Of a stretch of DNA of 25,391 nt, positions 8,007 through 16,235 are shown piece by piece (position 1 is the stretch's first letter; every line of letters begins with the position of its first letter). Under the pieces are notes generated by a model. The model made no database searches. It saw nothing but the letters and a program-made list of their open reading frames with translations, and was not told the DNA's origin. The translations under genes were made by a program, and so were the position numbers. Source of the stretch: a virus (Duplodnaviria > Caudoviricetes); IMG/VR virus record IMGVR_UViG_3300021963_000599, positions 1-25,391 of that record. One strand, written 5' to 3'.

Positions 8007-11000
8007 ATGTCAATAACTCGCATTAATAACAATCAGATAACAGACGCAATTGCAGGTAATGTATACGTAGGTATTAATGCAGCAGCCAAGTTACAGAATT
8101 ATTCGATCACTTCGCAGAAGATCTCTAATAATTTAACATACGGCTCGGATCTTATTATTGCAGGTAACCTTACTGTTCAAGGTAACGTTACAGCTATCGA
8201 CACCATTGACTTGGTGGTTGAAGATCCCTTAATCTTATTGGCCAAAGATCAAACAGGATCTCCAACTTTAGATATTGGTTTTATTGGCGAACGCGGTTCT
8301 TCGGAAAATATAGCGTTTATATGGGACGAAAGCGCAGGCCAATTTGCCACTGTTTTTACCAACGATGCCATTACCAATTCTGTAGTCACCATATCTAGTT
8401 ATGCTAGTCTACGTGCAAACACTATCACAGCAGCAAATCTTAGTGTAAGTGGCAACGTCACATTCAGCGGTACCATTTTAGGTAATATTTCAGCCACCGG
8501 TAATGTGTCTGGTGGTAATCTTATAAGCTCAGCTTTGGTTCAAGGCGTCACTGTATCGGCTAGTGGAAACGTTCAAGGTGGTAACTTACGTACAGCTGGA
8601 CTGGTCAGTGCCACTGGTAATGTAACTGGCGGAAATCTTACTACAGCTGGAATTGTTTCTGCTGCCTCCACCGTGGGTGGCGTGATCACTGGTAGCAGTG
8701 TTTCAGTAACAGGCACACAAACAGCCGCCAGTACTGTGGGTGGCGTGATCACTGGTAGCAGTGTTTCAGTAACAGGCACACAAACAGCCGCCAGTACTGT
8801 GGGTGGCGTGATCACTGGTAGCAGTGTTTCAGTAACAGGCACACAAACAGCCGCCAGCACTGTGGGTGGCGTGATCACCGGAACAAGTGCTAGTGTATCA
8901 GGTAATGTCACAGGTGGTAATGTATTAACAGGCGGTGTAGTTTCTGCTGCTGGCAACATCATAGCCAATCCTGCTAGTTTCTTTATTGGTAACGGTAGCC
9001 AACTCACAGGTGTTGCTGCTGCATCAGCTGGATTCCCAATCAGTAATGGTACCAGCAACATCAATGCTGCAATCAATGCCCCCATCACTTTTGGTGTGTC
9101 TGGCACCAGCAACGTAGTTGTATTCACAGCAACTGGTGTTGACGTTACTGGTAATATAAGTGCCACTGGCAACGTATCAGGCGTAAACTTCTTTGGTACA
9201 AATACCAGTGTCACAGGAACAACCACCGCAGCATCAGTTGTGGGTGGAGTTATTACAGGTACTTCGACAAGCGTCACAGGAACAACCACAGCAGCATCAG
9301 TAGTTGGCGGGGTTATAACTGGTTCAAGTACCAGTGTCACAGGAACAACCACAGCAGCATCAGTAGTTGGCGGGGTTATAACTGGTTCAAGTACCAGTGT
9401 CACAGGAACAACCACAGCAGCATCAGTGGTTGGTGGTGTGATTACCGGTTCAAGTGTCAGTGTTACTGGCAACGTATCTGGTGTAAACTTCTTTGGTACA
9501 AATACCAGTGTCACAGGTACAACCACAGCAGCATCAGTGGTTGGTGGTGTGATTACCGGTTCAAGTGTCAGTGTTACTGGCAACGTATCTGGTGTAAACT
9601 TCTTTGGTACAAATACCAGTGTCACAGGCACACAAACAGCCGCCAGTACTGTTGGTGGTGTGATCACAGGTTCAAGTTCATCAGTAACTGGCACACAAAC
9701 AGCCGCCAGTACTGTTGGTGGTGTGATCACGGGTTCAAGTACCAGTGTAACAGGTACTACCACAGCAGCATCAGTTGTGGGTGGCGTGATCACAGGTTCA
9801 AGTACCAGTGTAACAGGTACTACCACAGCAGCATCAGTTGTGGGTGGCGTGATCACTGGTTCAAGTGTCAGTGTCACTGGCAACGTAACTGGTGGAAACA
9901 TACTAGCTGGGTCTGGACAGATCAGCACTTCGGGAAATGTCAATGGTGGCAATCTCAATACTAGCAAGATTGTTGGAACAAGCATATCCGTTACAGGTAC
10001 ATCTGTTTTATTCAACCTAACCGGTAACGTAAACCTAAACACCAGATATATCAATGACCTGGCACAACCAGTACAGAATCAAGACGCAGCCACTAAATTG
10101 TATGTGGACAATGCTGTAACTACTTCAATCTCTTATCACGACGCTGTAACAGCGGCCACCACAGGAACATTGGATACCATCACAGGCGGTACCATAACAT
10201 ACAATCAACCCAACGGTGCAGGAAATGGTGTAGGTGCTACACTAACTACTACAGGTAGTTTTAACCTCATCGACACAGCCAACGTTCAAACTATAGGCGC
10301 AAGAATCTTGGTCAAAGACCAGGGCAATGCTGTACAAAATGGTGTGTATGTGTGGTCAAATGCCACAGCAATCACACGTAGCTCAGACACTAACAGCTAT
10401 GCACCAGCCAGTGCCAATGCACTGAGTATAAACGATTACTTCTTTGTTACCAGTGGTAACGTAAACGCAGGATCAGCCTGGATTGTTGATGCTCCATCTG
10501 GTACCATTACATTTGGCACCAGCAACATAGAGTTTGCTCAGTTTAGTAGTAGCCAAACTTACACAGCTAACACAGCAGCTGGTTTGACATTAAATGGTCA
10601 AACGTTTAGTGCCAAAGTTGACAACAACACCACGGCATTTGATGGTGCTGGTAACATATCAGTCAAAGCTGGTGCAAACTTAACCACACCCAACATTGGT
10701 GCAGCCACAGGTACAAGTTTAAGTGTCACAGGTACTGTAACAGCCGCATCAACAGTGGGCGGTGTTATTACAGGTACTTCAACAAGTGTCACCGGAACAC
10801 AAACTGCTGCTTCAACAGTGGGTGGTGTAATTACTGGATCAAGTACCAGTGTCACAGGAACAACCACAGCCGCATCAGTTGTAGGTGGAGTTATTACAGG
10901 TACTTCAACAAGTGTCACAGGAACAACCACAGCCGCATCAGTTGTGGGTGGCGTAATTACAGGATCAAGTGTCAGTGTTACTGGCAACGTATCCGGCGTA

Positions 11001-13835
11001 AACTTCTTTGGTACAAATACCAGTGTCACAGGAACAACCACAGCAGCATCAGTTGTGGGTGGCGTGATTACTGGTACATCAACCTCAGTAACAGGAACAA
11101 CCACAGCAGCATCAGTTGTGGGTGGCGTAATCACAGGTACAAGTACCAGTGTCACAGGAACACAAACTGCTGCTTCAACAGTGGGTGGTGTAATTACTGG
11201 ATCAAGTGCCAGTTTGACTGGTAACGTAACTGGTGGCAACGTCCTAACAGGCGGTTTAATTTCTGCTACTGGCAACATCACAGGCGGCAATATTGCCACA
11301 ACTGGTTCATTTACAGCAGCATCTTTTAGTGCAAGTGGTAACATCACAGGCGGTAATTTATTAACAGGCGGACTAATTTCTTCTACTGGAACAATTACGT
11401 CAGCTACTACTATCACAGGCGGTAATTTAGCAACCAGCGGAACGGTAAGTGCCACAGGCAATATCACTGGCGGCAATATATCTGCAACAAATCACACAGG
11501 TACTAATGTATCAGTAACTGGTACCGTAACAGCCGCATCAACAGTGGGCGGTGTAATTACTGGATCAAGTGCATCAGTCACTGGTACTGTAACAGCCGCA
11601 TCAACAGTGGGTGGTGTGATCACAGGTTCAAGTGCCAGTGTTACTGGTAATGTCACAGGCGGCAACGTCTTAACAGGTGGCTTAATAAGTGCTACTGGCA
11701 ACGTGTCTGGTGGAAATCTCAACGTCACAGGCAACATTGTTGACACTGGTCCCTTGTCTCTGATCACAGCAGCTTCGGGTAACGTCAATCTAGCACCCAA
11801 TGGAACCAATGTGTTAGTGGTCACTACTACAGGTGCCAATATTGCAGGTACGCTCAATGCTACTGGTAATGCCACATTGGGCAATCTCAGTGTTACCAGT
11901 GTTACTGGTACCAGTGTTTCAGTATCAGGCGGGGTAACAGCCGCAAGCGTAGCAGGCGGCGTGATTACAGGTTCAAGTACAAGTGTCACAGGAACAACCA
12001 CAGCAGCATCAGTTGTGGGTGGCGTGATTACAGGTTCAAGTGTCAGTGTTACTGGCAATGTAACTGGTGGAAACGTCACTACTACTGGTATAGCTAGTTT
12101 AGGTAATATTCGTATTAGTGGAGACACAATCACTGGCACCAACGGCCAGGTCTTGATTAACTCAGCCGGTGCAGATGTAAACTTCATAGTTTCTGGAGAT
12201 ACACAAGCCAATCTGTTGGTAGTGGATGCTGGTTCTGACACAGTGCTGATTGGTACAGGAACACCAACTACAAACGCAGCACTCAAGATTGGAACTACAA
12301 ATTCAATCCTGATTCCGGTTGGTAACACAGCACAGCGTCCTGGTACAGCAGTGACAGGTATGGTTCGATTCAACACCAGCTTGGATGTGTTGGAATTCTA
12401 CGACAGCGATTCATGGGTGTCTGCTACTAGCGAATTTACAGTTATTACAGCCGACGAATTCAACGGCGATGGCAGTACTGTTGCATTTACTCTGTCAACT
12501 GCCTCAACAACAGCAGGCACAGTGGTTGCGATCAACGGCATTGTACAGATCCCAACTACAGCCTACTCGGTATCAGGAACTACACTGACATTTACTGAAG
12601 CTCCAGGGGCTAGCGACGTAATTGATGCCAGAGTGTTTACAACCACAACATCAGTGACCAGTATCAGCAATAGTGGAGCAACTGCTGTAGTAGAAACATT
12701 GTCTACAGCCAATGTACAAATCACAGGCAACTTGATTCCTGCAGCCAACGTCACATATGATTTGGGTTCAACTACTAGATTCTGGAATGACTTGTATCTA
12801 GCTGGTAACTCAATTTACTTGGGCACACTGGTAATCAAAGATGTTGGTGCAAACCAAATTGGATTCTTCCAAGCAGACGGTACAACACCTGCCACAATCG
12901 ATGCTGACAACGTAGATACTACACAGATTGCAAGTGGAACATCTAATGCCAAAGTGTCTACAACCAACGGCAATATCACAATGAGTGTTGCTGGTACCAG
13001 CAACGTGGTGGTAGTGGCCGGCTCTGGTGTTTCGATCACAGGCGCACTGGGGGTGACCGGCAACATCACCGTCGGTGATGGCACTGGTGGCAATATTAGC
13101 AATGCCAATGTTATAACTGCGAACACTATAGTGCTGGGTGATGGCACTGGTGGCAATATTAGCAATGCCAATGTTATAACTGCGAACGCCGTCATAGTTA
13201 CTGGTAATATCTCCGGTGGTAACTTGTCAGGTACAAGCATTGTGGGCACCTTGACCACAGCAGCTCAAACTAACATTACATCAGTAGGTACATTAGGTTC
13301 ACTATCTGTAACTGGTAATATTACAGGTGGCAACTTGTCTGTATCAACTGGCACAGTGACACTGGGCAACATTGTCAATTCCAATGCCAACGGTGTAGGT
13401 AATATTGGTAGCTCAACCACATACTTCAATACAGTATTTGCCAAGGCAACAAGTGCTCAATACGCCGACTTGGCTGAGATGTACGAAGCCGACATGCCAA
13501 TTGAACCAGGTACTGTTGTGTGCTTTGGTGGTGCCAAAGAAGTCACCTTGTGTGAAGAAGACGCTTGCCGCAGAATAGCTGGTGTTGTTAGTACAAACCC
13601 CAGCTACTTGATGAACTCGGGTCAGACTGGTGAGTATGTAGTGGCAATCGCTCTACAAGGTCGTGTACCAGTTAAAGTAACCGGCGTCGTTTGCAAGGGC
13701 GACATGATGGTTGCTACCAGCAATGGTCGTGCAAGAGCCGAAGCCAACCCACAAGTGGGTGCAGTAATTGGTAAAGCACTTGCTGATTTTGATGGACAAG
13801 ACGGTGTGATTGAAGTGGTTATTGGGCGAGTGTAA
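8007..13835 (+). CDS. Long tail fibre/spike protein with Gly/Ser/Thr/Val repeats and C-terminal autoproteolytic chaperone (peptidase G2-like)
   Basis: 1942 aa; about 24 AAS[TV]VGGVITG units; QDAATKLYVD and RILVKDQ...QNGVY fibre modules; C-terminal YADLAEMY...PGTVV...GVVSTNP...GRVPVKV...IGKAL domain. Confidence 0.88.
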   Translation: MSITRINNNQITDAIAGNVYVGINAAAKLQNYSITSQKISNNLTYGSDLIIAGNLTVQGNVTAIDTIDLVVEDPLILLAKDQTGSPTLDIGFIGERGSSENIAFIWDESAGQFATVFTNDAITNSVVTISSYASLRANTITAANLSVSGNVTFSGTILGNISATGNVSGGNLISSALVQGVTVSASGNVQGGNLRTAGLVSATGNVTGGNLTTAGIVSAASTVGGVITGSSVSVTGTQTAASTVGGVITGSSVSVTGTQTAASTVGGVITGSSVSVTGTQTAASTVGGVITGTSASVSGNVTGGNVLTGGVVSAAGNIIANPASFFIGNGSQLTGVAAASAGFPISNGTSNINAAINAPITFGVSGTSNVVVFTATGVDVTGNISATGNVSGVNFFGTNTSVTGTTTAASVVGGVITGTSTSVTGTTTAASVVGGVITGSSTSVTGTTTAASVVGGVITGSSTSVTGTTTAASVVGGVITGSSVSVTGNVSGVNFFGTNTSVTGTTTAASVVGGVITGSSVSVTGNVSGVNFFGTNTSVTGTQTAASTVGGVITGSSSSVTGTQTAASTVGGVITGSSTSVTGTTTAASVVGGVITGSSTSVTGTTTAASVVGGVITGSSVSVTGNVTGGNILAGSGQISTSGNVNGGNLNTSKIVGTSISVTGTSVLFNLTGNVNLNTRYINDLAQPVQNQDAATKLYVDNAVTTSISYHDAVTAATTGTLDTITGGTITYNQPNGAGNGVGATLTTTGSFNLIDTANVQTIGARILVKDQGNAVQNGVYVWSNATAITRSSDTNSYAPASANALSINDYFFVTSGNVNAGSAWIVDAPSGTITFGTSNIEFAQFSSSQTYTANTAAGLTLNGQTFSAKVDNNTTAFDGAGNISVKAGANLTTPNIGAATGTSLSVTGTVTAASTVGGVITGTSTSVTGTQTAASTVGGVITGSSTSVTGTTTAASVVGGVITGTSTSVTGTTTAASVVGGVITGSSVSVTGNVSGVNFFGTNTSVTGTTTAASVVGGVITGTSTSVTGTTTAASVVGGVITGTSTSVTGTQTAASTVGGVITGSSASLTGNVTGGNVLTGGLISATGNITGGNIATTGSFTAASFSASGNITGGNLLTGGLISSTGTITSATTITGGNLATSGTVSATGNITGGNISATNHTGTNVSVTGTVTAASTVGGVITGSSASVTGTVTAASTVGGVITGSSASVTGNVTGGNVLTGGLISATGNVSGGNLNVTGNIVDTGPLSLITAASGNVNLAPNGTNVLVVTTTGANIAGTLNATGNATLGNLSVTSVTGTSVSVSGGVTAASVAGGVITGSSTSVTGTTTAASVVGGVITGSSVSVTGNVTGGNVTTTGIASLGNIRISGDTITGTNGQVLINSAGADVNFIVSGDTQANLLVVDAGSDTVLIGTGTPTTNAALKIGTTNSILIPVGNTAQRPGTAVTGMVRFNTSLDVLEFYDSDSWVSATSEFTVITADEFNGDGSTVAFTLSTASTTAGTVVAINGIVQIPTTAYSVSGTTLTFTEAPGASDVIDARVFTTTTSVTSISNSGATAVVETLSTANVQITGNLIPAANVTYDLGSTTRFWNDLYLAGNSIYLGTLVIKDVGANQIGFFQADGTTPATIDADNVDTTQIASGTSNAKVSTTNGNITMSVAGTSNVVVVAGSGVSITGALGVTGNITVGDGTGGNISNANVITANTIVLGDGTGGNISNANVITANAVIVTGNISGGNLSGTSIVGTLTTAAQTNITSVGTLGSLSVTGNITGGNLSVSTGTVTLGNIVNSNANGVGNIGSSTTYFNTVFAKATSAQYADLAEMYEADMPIEPGTVVCFGGAKEVTLCEEDACRRIAGVVSTNPSYLMNSGQTGEYVVAIALQGRVPVKVTGVVCKGDMMVATSNGRARAEANPQVGAVIGKALADFDGQDGVIEVVIGRV
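8661..9890 (+). repeat. 63-bp (21-aa) coding tandem repeats, first blocks (13 units), interspersed with 48-bp SVTGNVSGVNFFGTNT units
   Basis: GTGGGTGGCGTGATCACTGG recurs at 8673, 8736, 8799; several adjacent units are near-identical in DNA. Confidence 0.92.
10720..12060 (+). repeat. Further blocks of the 63-bp repeat (11 units) mixed with GGNxxTGGxISATGNxT units
   Basis: Visible in both protein and DNA; boundaries approximate. Confidence 0.88.
13074..13187 (+). repeat. 63-bp repeat GDGTGGNISNANVITANTIVL, 2 copies
   Basis: Copies start at 13074 and 13137; near-identical to 15357-15533. Confidence 0.93.
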
Positions 13836-13874
13836 ACTCGCTACAACCAAAATAAGGCAGCCATATCTTCCAGC

Positions 13875-13880
13875 TAAATA
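13875..13880 (+). promoter_or_regulatory. Late promoter core TAAATA
   Basis: Upstream of ATG 13902; same position in the homologous region at 20271. Confidence 0.6.
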
Positions 13881-13901
13881 ACATATTGATCGGGTAGAAA
13901 A

Positions 13902-15908
13902 ATGGCATTAACACGAATCCGTGCGCAACAGATATCAAACATTGATTACAAACAAGCTGCACGGGTAGTCACGACCACAAACATCACATTGGCAGGTGGA
14001 GCACCTAGTTCTGTAGACGGAGTTATTCTGGCCGCTAACAACAGAGTCTTGGTCAATGGACAATCAACTGCCACACAAAACGGTCTTTATTTGGTACAAA
14101 CACTGGGTACAGGATCCAATGGTACCTGGGTAAGAACCAACGATACCAATACCACAGGCGAAATGCAATCAGGTATGATTGTAACAGTGACCGAAGGTGA
14201 CCAATACAAAGATACCCTTTGGACTTTGACCACTAACGATCCCATTGTGTTGGGCAGCAGCAACATCTCGTTTCAGCAAAGCACATCTTACAGCTTTGGA
14301 AACATATCAGCCAACGGCACGGCCATCCTGGCCAACACAGTAGGCGATGCTGTTTCATTTGTTGCCGGTGACAATATTTCAATCACAGGAAATGCCACTG
14401 CTAAAACTGTGACCATTGGCGTCATTGGAATTCAATCAACACAAATCGTCAACGGAACCAGCAACGTCAGTATAGGCGCTGTCAACGCCAATGTGGCAAT
14501 CAGTGTCGCTGGAACCAGCAACGTGGCAGTGTTTTCAACTGGCAGCACTGTTTTCAAAGGCAATGCATTGCCAGCTGCCAACATCACTTACGATCTGGGA
14601 TCAACAACACAGCGTTGGCGAGATATTTGGTTATCCAACAGCACAATATATCTTGGCAACACCACTATCACTGCCAACAGCACCAATCCACTTTTGGTCA
14701 ATGGACAAGGTGTTGTCACAGCCAGTGCTACTGATTCTATTTCATTGACTGGCAATATTACCGGTAACTATATTTTTGGTAACGGTAGCCAACTTACTGG
14801 AATATCTACATCATCGTACAGCAACAGTGATGTCACTTCGTTGCTGGCAAGTTTTGGTAGCAACACAATCAACAGTACTGGTACAATCACTACCACTGCC
14901 AACATATCTGGTGGCAACTTGTCGGGTACAAAAATTGTAGGTACTTTGACCACAGCAGCACAACCCAACATCACCAGCGTGGGCACACTCAGCGGCCTTA
15001 CTGTTGTGGGTGTCAGTAATTTTACCGGCAACGTTGACATTACTGGTAACATCAATGCCACCGGCAACTTAAATTATTCCAATGTAACCGACCTAGTAGT
15101 AGGCGATCCACTCATTTTCATAGGTGAAGACAACCCTGGAAACGTTTACGATCTTGGCATGATAGTGTCCTGGAATGACGGCACATATCAACACGGCGGC
15201 TGGGTACGCGATGCATCTGATGGCACTTGGAAATTGTTTGGTAATGTAATACCAGAACCAACTACCACTGTTGACTTCACCAATGCCACTTATCAAGCTA
15301 TGCAAGTTGGTGCCATCACTGCTACCGCGGGTACGTTCAGTGGTAACTTGATTCTGGGTGATGGCACTGGTGGCAATATTAGCAATGCCAATGTTATAAC
15401 CGCGAACACCATAGTGCTGGGTGATGGCACTGGTGGCAATATTAGCAATGCCAATGTTATAACCGCGAACACTATAGTGCTGGGTGATGGCACTGGTGGC
15501 AATATTAGCAATGCCAATGTTATAACTGCGAACAGCGTATTAGCTGGCACAATAACAGCAACTGGTCTAACTGGTTACGTCAAGGGCAATGGTACAGAGG
15601 CCATGACTGCATCGGCCACAATTCCTAACACCAACATCGCCGGTTTAGGTACAATGTCGACCCAGAATGCTAACGCCGTGGCCATTACGGGCGGCACAGC
15701 AAACAACTTGACGATCGGCGGCGTTAACCCTGCAGCCGGTGTCTTTACAACTCTTCGCTTTAACTCGACTTTGTCGGCTAACGGCTCGACAGGTACATTG
15801 GGTCAAGTGCTAACGTCTAACGGTGCCTCTCCCCCTAGTTGGACAACACCAACCGGCGGCGGCGGAGCTTCTGGTTTCGAACAAATATTTCTTTTGATGG
15901 GGGCCTAA
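13902..15908 (+). CDS. Tail fibre protein (668 aa, apparently chimeric)
   Basis: N-terminal YKQAARVVTTTNITL...RVLVNGQ...QNGLY fibre module; several segments shared with gene 8007; C-terminal GLGTMSTQNANAVAITGG, GQVLTSNG...PSW, GFEQIFLLMGA. Confidence 0.85.
   Translation: MALTRIRAQQISNIDYKQAARVVTTTNITLAGGAPSSVDGVILAANNRVLVNGQSTATQNGLYLVQTLGTGSNGTWVRTNDTNTTGEMQSGMIVTVTEGDQYKDTLWTLTTNDPIVLGSSNISFQQSTSYSFGNISANGTAILANTVGDAVSFVAGDNISITGNATAKTVTIGVIGIQSTQIVNGTSNVSIGAVNANVAISVAGTSNVAVFSTGSTVFKGNALPAANITYDLGSTTQRWRDIWLSNSTIYLGNTTITANSTNPLLVNGQGVVTASATDSISLTGNITGNYIFGNGSQLTGISTSSYSNSDVTSLLASFGSNTINSTGTITTTANISGGNLSGTKIVGTLTTAAQPNITSVGTLSGLTVVGVSNFTGNVDITGNINATGNLNYSNVTDLVVGDPLIFIGEDNPGNVYDLGMIVSWNDGTYQHGGWVRDASDGTWKLFGNVIPEPTTTVDFTNATYQAMQVGAITATAGTFSGNLILGDGTGGNISNANVITANTIVLGDGTGGNISNANVITANTIVLGDGTGGNISNANVITANSVLAGTITATGLTGYVKGNGTEAMTASATIPNTNIAGLGTMSTQNANAVAITGGTANNLTIGGVNPAAGVFTTLRFNSTLSANGSTGTLGQVLTSNGASPPSWTTPTGGGGASGFEQIFLLMGA
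15357..15533 (+). repeat. 63-bp repeat GDGTGGNISNANVITANTIVL, 3 copies
   Basis: Copies start at 15357, 15420, 15483. Confidence 0.93.
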
Positions 15909-16235
15909 ATGGCAACGGTATATAAAGTTCTTGGACAGGTCAAACCCGTAGCAACTACAGCAACTACGCTTTATACAGTACCTGCTGCTACTTCAACTGT
16001 GTGTAGCACGTTATCTATCTGTAGTATTGGGGCGAGTACAACATACCGGGTCGCAATTCGCCCCGCCGGGGCTATACTCGCAGACATTCATTACATCGTT
16101 TATGAAGCGGCGATTAGTCAATACACCACAACGTTACTGACGCTTGGGATTACTCTTGCAGCAACTGATGTTGTGACTGTATATGCGGGTACTGCTAACG
16201 TAGTCTTCAATTTGTATGGATCGGAGGTTACTTAA
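15909..16235 (+). CDS. Small beta-sandwich virion protein (fibre-tip adaptor-like)
   Basis: MATVYKVLGQ..P.ATT.TTLYTVPAAT...GITLAATDVVTVY...YGSE; abuts the upstream stop and is TAATG-coupled to the downstream gene. Confidence 0.75.
   Translation: MATVYKVLGQVKPVATTATTLYTVPAATSTVCSTLSICSIGASTTYRVAIRPAGAILADIHYIVYEAAISQYTTTLLTLGITLAATDVVTVYAGTANVVFNLYGSEVT

Noticed and set aside
8573-13258. Long antisense ORFs (493, 292, 294, 147 aa) rich in P/V/T
   Set aside because: Shadows of the Gly/Thr/Val repeat codons of the fibre gene; no independent SD, promoter or motif.
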